Positions 33,171 through 45,201 of a DNA stretch of 47,206 nucleotides are shown in pieces. The notes below the pieces were generated by a model, which saw only the letters and a program-made list of their open reading frames with translations, was not told the origin of the DNA and did no database searches. This DNA is from Chromera velia (Eukaryota): assembly GCA_018398765.1 (NCBI GenBank), contig JAHBMJ010000468.1, positions 1 through 47,206 of the forward strand, given 5' to 3'. Made by a program: the position numbers and the translations under genes. Each line of letters opens with the position of its first letter. Within the stretch, counting starts at the first letter, position 1.

Positions 33171-36100
33171 AGGGATAAATGAGAAAAGGAGAGCAGCACC
33201 TCAGCTTAAGAAGGAGAAGCATTGAGATAGGTATACGGGGAGAGGAGAAAAAAGTTAGTCATGATAGAGAGAGCGCTGAGAAACGCGGTGACAAGAGAGC
33301 AACAGAAGGCAAAAAAGGAAAAGGTGGAGAACATAAGAGCCAAAATAAATGAAGGAGGCTGCTGGAAGGTGTGGAGGAGACTGGGTGAGGAAGACAGGAG
33401 GGCAGCACCAAGAAAAACAAAAGACAGCATGACGCCCCAGCAGGTAGCAGAAGGTTTCAAACAAACATACGAGCTGCTAAAGGAAGAGAAAGAAGAGAGA
33501 AAGAGGGAACAAGAAGGAAAAAGGACAGTGAGTAGAGTGATTAAGGAGAAAGGATGGCACATAGCAGAGGAGAAAGAGGTAAAGAAGGTAATGAAAAGAG
33601 CAGGCAACCCCAGAAAGGCCGCTGGGAAGGATGGAATGCCCCCAGGAATGCTGAGAACGATGGAAAAATCGACTGAGCTGGTGTCTTTGTATGTTGTATT
33701 AATTAATGGTGCATATCGTTTCAGCTGGTGGCCGAAAGGGTGGAACAACTTGCCGGTGACGGCTCTTCCAAAACCGGGTAAGTCACTTGTACTTCTTAGG
33801 GGATGGAGGGGAGTGCACCTGGTGGTAACAGATGCAAAATGGGGGGATATGATCATGAGAACGAAGGTGGAAAAGGAAGCCAGACAGACGCCATAGCAGT
33901 AACTGTTCGCATACAAGAAAAAGGCAGGCACATGCGATGCAATTTTTTTTTTGCTGTTGGTTATTGTTCGAATGGAAGTGCTCAGTGTTGCCTTTGTTGA
34001 CTTCACGCGGGCTTTCGACGAAAGAGAAATTGAGAAAGGCAGGGGTGGAGGAAGGTCTGATCAGATGGGTTGAGGCCTCTCTGGAAAATATGAGGGCACG
34101 GGTGAAGGGAACGAGCATGTGGTACCCGGAAGACAAGGGACTCAAGCAAAGCGGCCCGAGCGGCCCTTCCCTTTACTCTGTGTACATACATGACTTGCCA
34201 GAGGAAGTAGGAAAGAGGAGAGGACAGAGACAACAGACCGATAGACAGAGGCCAAAGGTGCCAGCAGGAGAAGACGGGAGGTGGGTCGATTTCCTTGCCC
34301 CTCTGTTTGCAGATGACACAACACTCCTCGAATCCTCAGATAGATAGTTGAACCTTCTTCTTTCGAACCTTGTAGCCTTCGCAGAACCTCTCCGTCTTCT
34401 CTTTTCTGACAAGTCGAGATTGGTCCAGTTTGGCCGCATCGTATCAAGAGAGAAAGAAGAAGTTAGACTGGGGGAGATAGTGATGAAAGAAGCAAGAGAG
34501 CAACCCTATCTGGGACTAGTCTTATCCACCGACTGCAAGCTAGAGACCATGATGAAGGCGCGGTCAATCAAAGCAGAGAGATGCATGCAGGGACTGATGG
34601 GGAAGATAGGAAGAGAGGGAGGGATTCCACCCACTGATTGCTTCAATATATTTAAACAGACAGTGCGCGCCGTGTGGTTGTATGGATGTGAAATCCATGC
34701 ATGCCCAGATAGCGCGTATGCAGAATTCGACGAGAAGTAAAGGAGATTTGTCAGGTTTGTTTTGCATTTGAGAAAGAAAGAAAATTGTGACACTCTGATG
34801 ATAGAAGGAGGTTTCATTCCGATCGATCTTGAAGTGGCTTCCAGAACGATCCGGTGGGCAAGGAAGGCTTTAAAGGAGAAAAGAAACGAAGCGGTCGGGC
34901 AGGCAATCCTCACATGCTTGAGAGAGGGGGTAAAAAACGAAATGGGGGGGGGGAGAGGAATATATCCTTTTCATCTTTTCCCTTATCTGAAGCAATGTGC
35001 ACAGGCACTCTACACAGACAGAAGAATGCACCCTTTTGCAAAAGAAAGACTAAAAAGAAGCGCAGGGCAAAGGGAACACAGGTAGTTTACGAGAGAGTAG
35101 ACGGGATAGAGAGATGGCTGCTGAAGCGAACAAAAAATGAGCTAGACGAGAAAAAGAGAGAGGCGTTTGCATATAGAATAGAAAGAAACATAAGAGAGAA
35201 GAGCAGTCAGGAGAAGGCAGAACTGACAGGAGTGATGATGCCGGACGTGCACAGAAAGGTCTCAAACGGAAACCGTCTCCACCTTTCTTTGTTTGAAGAC
35301 AGAGCAGGTAGAAAGGTTGGCTCGACAATGAGAATAGACAGAAACAGAATAGGGAGAGCCCCTTTTTGCTACACGAGAGTGGCGCCGCGATCGGAACACA
35401 GGAGGAGAGCAGTATGCAGGGTGGGAGACAGGGCTGTGGCTGCGACTCAGGGAAAAATTCCGGCAAGGGGGGGAGAGAAGGTGCCGTTACAGAAAAGGAC
35501 GTACCAGTTTTGTCGAGGCTGGTTGGGAATCGAGATGGTGGAGACGAAATCCATCTGGTGACAGAATGTCCTGTTTTTGATAGAGAGAGAGCAGAGATGT
35601 TCAGGAAGATAGAAAAGAAATGGGACGGCAAGATAGAAGAAAGAGCCAGAAAGGTAGCCACACAAAGAGAAGGGCTCAGCGGAGAAGAGGGAAGAAGAGA
35701 CAACTCAACGCTTTTCTGCTTTCTGTTGAATGAATGTCATGCTGCAGTGGATGAGTTTTTGGGATGGGCATCATTTAGACGGAGGGTGTTTGAGGAGTGC
35801 CCAGGACGATACGGACAGATAGAGGGAGACGCTTTGGCGGCCAGACATGCAGGAGTAACCAGAAGGCAACGGGCGATCGAGAGACTAACAAAAGAATATG
35901 AGGAGACGATTGATAACTTAGAGACGACCGAAGGAGCATTAGGGTGGGGAAGGAGGGAGCCGCAGAAGAAGATTGATAAAGTGAACAAAAAGAGTGAGGA
36001 AGCCCAAATCGCATGCCGTTTCAGATCGATTTTTAGGCTGGAAAGCCAGCACGGATCCAGAGCTGTGGCTTGAACAACGAACAATCATACAGCAGCGGCC

Positions 36101-36253
36101 AAGGTAACAAACTCTGGCGGGCCCTGAGGGCGGGGTCTGATACCTCAGCTTAGGCTGGGGAACGCCCCGCCCTGCTAGCTCTGGCGACAGATAGACATAG
36201 CGGGAAGGCCCTAGAGCGAAACATATTAATCAATCAATCAATCAATGAATCAA
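33171..36253 (+). mobile_element. Decayed non-LTR retrotransposon (LINE): RT + C-terminal CCHC, (CAAT)n tail
   Basis: RT motifs KAAGKDGMP, LPKPGK..WRGVHL, AFVDFTRAFD, GLKQSGPSGPSLY and LFADD. C-terminal FC..E/DEIHLVTECP knuckle split by a frameshift. ORF ends at 36073, tail at 36228-36253. Many stops and frameshifts; 5' end, endonuclease and TSD not identified. Confidence 0.88.
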
Positions 36254-38588
36254 CCATTCTAGAACTTTCAAATCGTTATAGTAATTCTAGCAACCAATTT
36301 ATTATTTATCCTATGTTATATGATTAAAATAGTCACATGATGAATAATAACTAGAATAATAATATATATAATAAATTGTTGATCATCGGTTTTTTACTTA
36401 ATTATTCCTTTTTTATCTTATGCTGCCAATGGTGTATGCCTTTTCTAGGCAGTAGAGTCTGAGTAGATCTGGGGACCAGCCTCGGGAGCACCCGGAACAG
36501 GTTTGTTGATTATTTGTTTTTTCAACTTTTTTATTCTATGCAGATAAAAATTCTATGTGCAGAAATTGCAGCAGAATATGTTAGAACGCAAACAGAATTC
36601 AGAAAAACATGTTGAATCCTATATTCATGGCTGAGCTCACTATCACTATCCCTGTTACTTACTAGTAATTTCTTCAAGATTCTTTAAAGCTCCACTTACA
36701 AACGAGGACTCTCAGTTTCAAATATTAAAAATTATTTCCTCAACATAAAAAAAACTTTAAGGGTAGCATTCTGAGTTTTAAAAAAAAAAAAAGCTAGAAA
36801 AAAAGTGAAGAAAGTAAAGAAACAAATTTGAGGGCAAAACTTGGTCTAGAACTCTTATATATATACACGCACACACAGTGTAAAATTGAAGGCTAAATGT
36901 GTTTGGATCACTCTGGAGAGACCTTCTTGTGTCTCTAGTTGTGTCTACCTCTAAGGTATACCTTAGTTCCGTCATTTTGTCCCTTCTTTTTACTTCCCAA
37001 TGTTCCCATTCCTCTCTATATGTCTGCTCTTTGATGTGTCCCTGCTTCAATTCACTTATTTGTTTCTGTTTCTGTTTCTCTCTCTTTCTCTTTCTCTTCC
37101 TTCTTGAACAAGCCGTGCACCGTTCTTGTCATATTTTGCATCTATCCCCTGTCCCTGCCTGCCACTCGAGCAAGCATCAATTCATCTTCGAACGTCAGAC
37201 TAAGTGAATACACGCACAGACAGTGCGACTGAGTGGGAGTGGAGGCAAACACTCAATTTGACTCTTTTTCTCGGCATATTCTGCATCATGCACCGTTGGA
37301 GTTCCCACGCTTGTCGACAAACAGGTGAGCAGATGGAAGAAAGAATGCAGTTGTCGCCTTTCAAGATTATCCATCCAGCCGGTCAAAGCATAGCGATAAG
37401 AACAAAAGAACAAACGACAAAAAAAGTCCTCCTGCATGCTCACAGCTTCAGACACACCTCCCGTGGTCACGCAGCAGCCCCCATGCCCACTTTCGGTTTC
37501 AAACCAGTCAGAAGAGTCCTCCCAGAACACATGCATCACAAGACAGCAGAGGGGGCAGAAGTGCCGCCTCGAGCGCTCTGTACAACAACGCAGGTCTTCT
37601 CATCCCCCCTCCCCTCTTTTCTTTCTCTCTCTCTCTCTCTCTCTCCCTTCTCTCTGTTAGCTCTTCTCTTTCGAGCACCCTCCGTTCCTCTTGAGCACAT
37701 GAGTGGCGGGCGGACCTCGACAGACATGACATCCCTTTGGAAGCTCAAGTGATCGACCGCTCTCCATGCAGTCAACTGGCATGATCTGACTTTTCACCTG
37801 GCAGTGCGTGGGGTGTACTAATGATCAGCCAACAAATCACCACACCAGGACGCGATGCAAAGACCTGCACCTTCCTTGTCTCTCTCGCCCACTCACGGGG
37901 TCTTCTTCTCTTCTCACACAGACAAATTGTTTGTTTGTTTGTGTCTTCGATACAAAGAGAGAGACAGAGGCACAGGGAGAGGGAGAGAGGAAGGGGGGAG
38001 ATGGAGAAAGGACATGGGCACGACACAAGGAAAGGTGTGCATCTCAAAAAACCGATGAAAAAGTCCTCAGCTCTCACGCGAAGGACAGAGAGTGGAGGAC
38101 ATTAAAAAGGCGTTACAAAAAAGTCTCTCATGCACATGACGCAGGAAGGAACAACTTGTATGACCAGGGAGGGAAGACATTCCTCCGATTCTGGGGAGAG
38201 ACCGTTGGCTGACTAAACTGCAAACAAAAGAAAAGAAAGCGCCTACAAAAGAAAAGAATGGTAGTTCTAGACGGCTTGCCAAAGCAGCTCAGCACCCTCT
38301 TCGACAGCCGAACGTACCAACCCACTCCCAGATCCCTTTTCTCCTTTTCCCTCCACAATCTCGGACGAGATAACCAAACCCGACCGGACACACCCTTTGC
38401 AGCATCAACAGGCCGTCTTCCATTCAAACAGCCGACCATCCATCCATGCATCCATCCATTCTACACAACATCAGCAGCAGAGCCTCTTCACTCCAAGACT
38501 CTTCTTTTTCCCTCCCTCCCTCTCTCTTCCTTCCAACCTACCCATACACTCTTTACTTTTCTTCTCCGCGTTCACTCATTCCGTCCCA

Positions 38589-40410
38589 TCACACCCCCTC
38601 CTCCCCCTCCCCATGAGCGGATGCCAGCGTGACTGCCGACCCCCTCACACTCACGCTCCCCCCCACCTCTCTGCGTTTCTTCATCACCCACTCACAACAG
38701 AACTCAGCCATTCTCCTCACCTCTCCATCCACGTGCTCTTGCCGCACATCCGCCCGCCTCTTTAGAGTCCACACCACCCTCGCACTGTACAGAACACCTC
38801 CCACTAAGAGCAGACACCCCGAGAGGGAAAGTCCGACCTTCGTGGCAGCCGCAAGGGCCTTTGTCAACATTCCTGCCCCCTTCGCTTTCGTTTTTGCGTG
38901 CGTCAGTTTCGACTTGCTCTTCCCAAGCTTTTCCTTCAACTGACGCACTTTCTCTTTCAGCTGATCCATCTTTTGTGTGTCCAACCCAAACATATGGGCC
39001 CAACTTTTCTTCTCCACCCCCACCTGCAGCTTGGCACTTTTCAGTTGAGCCTGTGTCGCATGTTCCTTTGTAACAAGAAGTTTTGCCTCGGTGTGCCTGG
39101 ACACTTGCGCACACTCCTGAGCACGAACCTTTTCTCCTGTGTACGCATCTACACACGCCACCCCCGCAGCTTGAGCAGCAGCTGCACTTCCAACCCCACA
39201 GACCACTGCCGCCCCTGTCACCCCCTCAGAGACAAGGTCGAGAAGTTCACCCCTGTCAAGTGAACTTTGACGCGCCGTCTCCGACCCGAACCTCTCCTTG
39301 AAGGGAGCATCGAAAGCCGCCCCCGGCTCTCTGACAATCTCCTGCACGTGCTTCTTCAGGAGACGGCTCAGCTCATCCACCACCCCCAGCTCCTTTGACG
39401 ATTTTCTCAGGGCCTCCACATACTTGTCAGTCCCCCCCCTCCAGAAGGCACCTGCGTCCCCCACTCTGTATGACGCACGTTTGACCTCTGCAGCGACCTC
39501 CATGTCATTCTCAATTCCCTTCTTCCACTCCTTCAGTCTTTCCTCGAAGCCTCCCCCCCTCTCGTCTCTTGCAGCCGAGACGGCAGGAGACGGCTCCAGA
39601 AGGGAGGACGCAGCCCGAGACGGCAGCAGAATCTCCACGCCCGAGGGGGACAGCTCTCTCTCCAACAGAACAGCGAACCCCGCACCTTGGGGAGACTGCA
39701 TGCAGGAGGAGGGTCAGAGAAACGGCAGATGACAGACGGGAGGGAATATAGAAGGAAGACAGGCTGGGAAGGAAGGGAACCCAGGAAGCGCACACGGCTC
39801 CTTCGAAACCCAAGGACAGTGGGAAAAACATCTTTTTGTGTGACTCGTTTCTGCACGCCCTCCTCTCCCACCGCCCCCCGCACACCCACACCCACCCACA
39901 CACACACACACACAATGCACCTGTGCAGCCCCCGATGTCTGCCGGGACGGAGGGCCCGAGGGGACCACTGTGTGCACCCCGGGAGAGAGCTGCAGTCGGG
40001 CAGGGGGGAAGAAAGGGAGTGCGGGCATTTTGACAGCAAGGCAGGGAATTATTTGGAAGCAGTCCGTATCTGATCAGACGGGAAGTAGAGCCATGAGGGA
40101 AGGACGGGAAGAAGAAGCTCAAGTCTGGGGAACGAAGGCAGAAGGAGGGAAGAGATAGACAGCCACTTTGGGGCTCGCACATAAGCGACGAGGATGTAGC
40201 AGTATATAGATTATTGGTAACGACGAAGGAATGGAAGAACGGGTGGGTAGAAGAGGGGGAGAGGCAGAACTGAGGCAGAGCAAAAGTGATGGTTCCACAA
40301 CGATCCGCAGAGGCAAAAGAAAAGCCCGCACACAGACATCCAATCATGGGAGATCCCCTTCCTGCACGATGTGAGCAAGGACTCACCAGTCCATTCGACT
40401 CTCTCAGCAT
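38589..40410 (-). CDS. Hypothetical protein with Lys-rich coiled-coil and a C-terminal hydrophobic segment; large terminal exon
   Basis: Terminal exon ~39695-38589 (about 368 codons) after a TGCATGCAG acceptor. Candidate first exon MLRESNGL followed by GTGAGT at 40410-40387; internal exons unresolved. Hydrophobic segment GLSLSGCLLLVGGVLY. Confidence 0.6.
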
Positions 40411-41071
40411 GGTTCCCGTCTCCTCTGACGACTCCAGATTCGTGAATGGAGACCCGCTTTGTGCAGGCGTCTGTCGGAGAACCTGTTCTTCTCTGTACTT
40501 TTTGTGCTCTCTCCCTCAAAGAAGGAATGCCGACTTCTAAGGCAAGAAGGAAGCCAAGCCAATCAAGCTAGTCCCAGACTGGTGCCAGTCTGGTGGTTGT
40601 CAGACTGAGAAAGCCCGAAGCGTATGGGGCTAGTCACACAAACAGAAGCGAACAAACGTATCCAGCCTCACTGCGGCACAGTTGCCGGGCCACAGAGGGG
40701 GTCATAATCAGTCATCATGGCTCCTTTTGTCGGAACAAACTGTCTTACATCATTGTCCTTAGATGAGAAGATGATTGGAGACGGCTTCCAAGAACGAAAC
40801 CGCGAGCTCGAGGTCACAAAGCAAGCCTAGTGAGACGCGGCCAGGAGGACGGGGCCGGGGGGTCCGCGCGCGCGGCCCTGACGCGCGGGATTCGCCAACA
40901 ATTAACACAACAAAAATTCAGCGTCACGGCGTCTCCGATCATCTCCGATCCATATCCAGTGTCAGGTCCTGACTTTTCAGCCCCAGATCTCGTTGGAGAG
41001 AAGGGAGAGAGAAGGGGGCTGTCTGGTCTTCGACTGAAACTTCACCGTTTTTGTGTTTGTTTGTAGTGCAA

Positions 41072-41096
41072 TTGATTGATTGATTGATTGATTGAT
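41072..41096. repeat. (TTGA)n microsatellite
   Basis: About six TTGA units. Confidence 0.9.
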
Positions 41097-41224
41097 TATT
41101 GGAAGGAAGTGCCACCGAAGTCGGAGGCCTTTTTTCCTTGGTGCTCCTTTGATCTTCTTTGATTGTCTTGTACAGAAGGAAGAAGCGAGGAGAGTAGTGA
41201 GCTTGCGTCGTGTCCGGTGGAGGG

Positions 41225-42944
41225 ATGAAGGCGTTTGCTCTTGGTTTCGTCTGTGCGACGGCCTGTCTGGCTGTCTGCTCAGAGGGCATGGAGATTCACA
41301 ACCATATGGGTGCAAACAAGGTCGGCATCTCCATGGGTGCATGAACGGATAGGAAGTGAGTGAGATCTTTCGTGAACCTTCTTCTGGACCCTTTGTCTCC
41401 CTTCTGCTCCCTCCACTGTCTGCAGGAACTTACAGCCAAGGCAGAGAAAGCTCAAAAGAAGCTGGGAGAAGAGGTGAGTGCCTCAGGGCCCCATGCAGAC
41501 AGTCTCCCCTCTATCAGTCGAAATTCGTGGCCGTGGCGAAGATCCCTCTTCGACCCTCAGTCTCTTCTCTCTCATTTGCTCCCCTTCCTTCCTGCACCAC
41601 TTCCTTCACGTTCCCTTCTTTTTTTCTGCATTTGTTTTCTCCATCACGCTCCCACTGCCCTCTTGCCATCTAATCGTGCTTCCTCACCTCCCCCCCCCCC
41701 CCNNNNNNNNNNNNNNNNNNNNNNNNNNNNNNNNNNNNNNNNNNNNNNNNNNNNNNNNNNNNNNNNNNNNNNNNNNNNNNNNNNNNNNNNNNNNNNCCCC
41801 CCCCCTTTCAGTCCAACGCCTGGCAGGAACTGATCGACACCATCGGGGAATCCCTCAAGGGTCAGTCCGTCTATTGCAGAGCCAATAAGTTTGCCAGTGG
41901 GGGTTTGCCCTCGCCATTTGTTCTGAACGCGTGCGAAGGAAGAGAGCAGTGCACCCAAGCACTTACCTTCACACAGAGACACATTTTCATACAAACAAAC
42001 TTTGTCTTTCACACGACGTGTGTGTCCACATTGATGCATAATTCTTGCATGCAGACCTGGATGGATTCACGAGGAGAAGATCGAACGCTGAGGACCTCGG
42101 GTCCTCTCAGCAGAACAAAACGAGGACTGCAGACCCCGCAGGGAAGGGAAAGGAAAAGAAACCGACGCACGCAGACCACCTGCCTTATGACCCTACTGTC
42201 AGTCTGCTCCTTCTTGGTGCTGCATTCAATCTTGTCCCCCAAATTTCTGTATTGCTCCATTTCATCTTCTCCCCTTCTTAGCTTCTTTGGTCCGCGTTTC
42301 TCTGATGGTTCTGTCCCATGAGGCTCACCTCGAAGGAAACGACTGAAGATGTTGACTCAGTTAGTTGTCTTTCTCTAGACCTTTACTGATCGGCAACCGC
42401 CGCTTCCTCCTTCGCTCACTCCGTTCCTTCTGCCTGCCTACTTGCCTGCCTCTCTGCAGAACCTGAAGAAGATGAAGGCAGAGGAGGCGGATGCCTACAT
42501 TGACGTCCTCCAAGGATTCATTGGCAGGTTCCAGAAACACATCGGTCGGTCGGTCAGTCAGTCAGTAAGGAGGTGCGGGGGGAGCATGGTTGAACAAATT
42601 CTGGTTGCGAAGGAAGCAAGTCACTAGAGGGCAACGGAGAATTCCGTCGGTGACCTTTGGCAGCTTTCTACTTGTTTTTCTTCTCGTCAGCGGCGCTCGA
42701 GAGGCGTCGATGCGATGCACTCCTCAGCTGCTCGTCTCCCTCTCCTTCTTTAAGTCCACGTTTGAATGCAGCCCAAGCCAACCGGACAGAGGAGCACTCG
42801 AAGAAGTGGTTCGAGGACATCGAAGCCAGGTGTGTTCCTGGAAAGTAGGGAGAGGGGACGGGAGAAGGGAGTTGCAGGGCACCGACTTTACTGCAAGGAC
42901 GGCCCTTTTGCTGTTCTCTTCCTTGTACTCTCTGCAGTGAGAGA

Positions 42945-42979
<35 letters not shown>

Positions 42980-43533
42980 TGTGTCTGCGTGCATGCATAT
43001 GAATATACTTGTGGCCATGCTTTCTTTGTGCAGGGCAAAGAAGGGCAGAGAGAGTCCTGTCGTTCTGAAGTACGCAAAGAAGATGAGAGAGATCCAACAC
43101 AAACAGTACCAGAATATGGTCAAACGTCAGTCTGTCAATCAGTCAAAGAGACAGACGGACAGGCAGGAAGGCAGTGAATTGCTCGTTATCGTAGTTGAGG
43201 GGTGCCGTGCAGATGTTCCTTGTGGGAAGAAATACAAGATTGAGAAACGCCCCGGTGTTTCTCTGTGACGATTCTTTCTCTTGTCCTGCCGCCTTTTCCC
43301 TACCCACTTCTTCTGTCTCTGCATGTGCGAAGAGCCGCGTGCTTTTTAGAAGGTCAGCTTTCCTATGAGTGTTTTCTTCTCTGTTCCTTGTCTCTTTCTT
43401 TCTTTCTCTTTCCGTTTGCAGTCTCAAAGATGGGAATCGACAAGCTGCAGACCGCCATCGACGAACTGACGGCAGTAAAGGCTGGTCAGTCTGTGGGGAG
43501 TGTAGATGAGGAAAGAAACAGGACTCTCTCTCT

Positions 43534-43573
<40 letters not shown>

Positions 43574-45201
43574 CGTGTGTGTGTGTATGCTCGCGCGCGC
43601 GTGTTTGATTCTGCGCGCGTTAGACTGCTTTCGAGTCGGTTTCCGAAGCCGTCGGCGCGAAGGGAAGGCTCTGTGCGGAGGTGTGCATGATTTTCCTTCA
43701 AAAGTTGTGCCCTCTCCCTCCTTCTGTACGTGTGTGTGAATGCAGCAAAGCACCTGCCCCACGAGTGGTCGCACATCACGGAGGGCTTCTCGGTTGGTTG
43801 TTTGGCTGCTTGAAGCTTCTCTTTTCTCATCGTTTCTTGGGATGCTACCTTTTCCCCCCCCGCTGTCTTGGTCTCCTCTCTCTCTTTCGCTCTGTCTTTG
43901 AATATCTGGATTTCTTTCGTTTTCCAGAAGCCCTTTCTCGTCCCATTCTTCGCTTTATCAAGCAACTTTTCCTGTTCCGGTCCCTGGGTTTGTCTCGCTT
44001 CATGAATTTTTTCTTGCCCTGACTCGCAGGACTGCGTGTCTGTGTGTGTGGATGTGTGTGTGTGTGTGTGTGTGCGCCTGTTTCTTCCATGTGTCTGTTT
44101 GCCTCTCCGTCAAAAATGCTCAGGGAGCTTTCTTTCAACGTCTCTTCTCCTGCAAGTAGGAGACGATCTCTCTCTGATACTCATGCTTCCTCTGGGTCGG
44201 AGGCGTTCTCAGAGAGTGAAATGAAATGAAGGGATGCCACCAAACGTGTCAACCGACGTTCCTGCATACCCCCCTTCACTCTCGCTTTCTTGCTTCTCTC
44301 CCTGCAGTCCTTCTTGGGTCTTGCCAGGTCTCTCACTCAGGAGACAGGGTGGGTGAATTTTTTGTACATGAAATGACTCTTCCTTCTCATGCAGCCTCAC
44401 GTGATGAAAAAACTACGCGTGGGGTGCGAGGACACTGCTTTTTTTTCGCCCATTAAGTTTTTCCAAAGAGCATCGACTTCGTTTTTGCTGTGCCTTCTCT
44501 CTTTCATAATGTGCAGTTTGTTGGGGTCCCTTCAGAAAAAGGAAAACGCTTTGAGGGACGCCGATCTCCATTTCCTTTCAAATGACTTTGAAAGGGGAAG
44601 AGCGGAAAAGTATGTGATCGTGGTGTGAGTGCTTTGCCCTTCTTGTTTTATTAATATTTCTTCATCCTGTGTGCCTCCTTCTCCTTTCTCCCTGAACCAA
44701 TGCAGGTGGGTACTCTCCACTCCCTCCACCGAGGAGCTGATCTGGGGCCCAGGAGGTTTTGATGACCTCGAGAAGGGGGGAGGGAAGGCGGAGGGAGAGG
44801 GAGAGGGGACAGAGGCGAAGGATGAGGAGGAGGGAGGAGAGAAGAAGGTGCGTCATGGACACAAGCACAAACACCCTAAGAGAGAGGAGGAAGCTCTTGC
44901 AGAGACGGATACAGAGACGGAAAGGCGACACGGGAGACACAGGGGACGTCACCACAAGATGCGAAGAGGTCGTCACCACCGCTCTCGGGAGGAGAGGGAT
45001 GAGGATGAGGACGAAGATGAGGCAGAGGATGGAGAAGGAGAGGAAGAGGATGAGGAAGAGAATGAGGATGCTGTCAGGAAACACAAGCGACACCACCACA
45101 GAAAGAGAAAGTCCATCAGACGCCACAGACACCCTCACCGTCGTCATTCGCATAGAGGGAGGAGAGAAGAGGAGGAGGGCGAGGATGAAGACGAAGAGTG
45201 A
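41225..45201 (+). CDS. Multi-exon putative secreted protein with His/Arg- and Asp/Glu-block C-terminal tail
   Basis: Signal-peptide-like MKAFALGFVCATACLAVCSEG (exon 41225-41320), then exons 41426-41473, 41812-41860, 42460-42544, 42772-42829, 43034-43125, 43422-43484, probably 44517-44609, and 44706-45201. Junctions near 41860-42460 and 43484-44517 are not fully resolved. Confidence 0.7.
41703..41796. other. Assembly gap (94 N) flanked by poly-C
   Basis: N run in an intron with C homopolymers on both sides. Confidence 0.99.

Noticed and set aside
36900..38580. Separate gene from the short ORFs in this interval
   Set aside because: Low-complexity, microsatellite-driven ORFs with no consistent splice chain; more likely UTR or intergenic.
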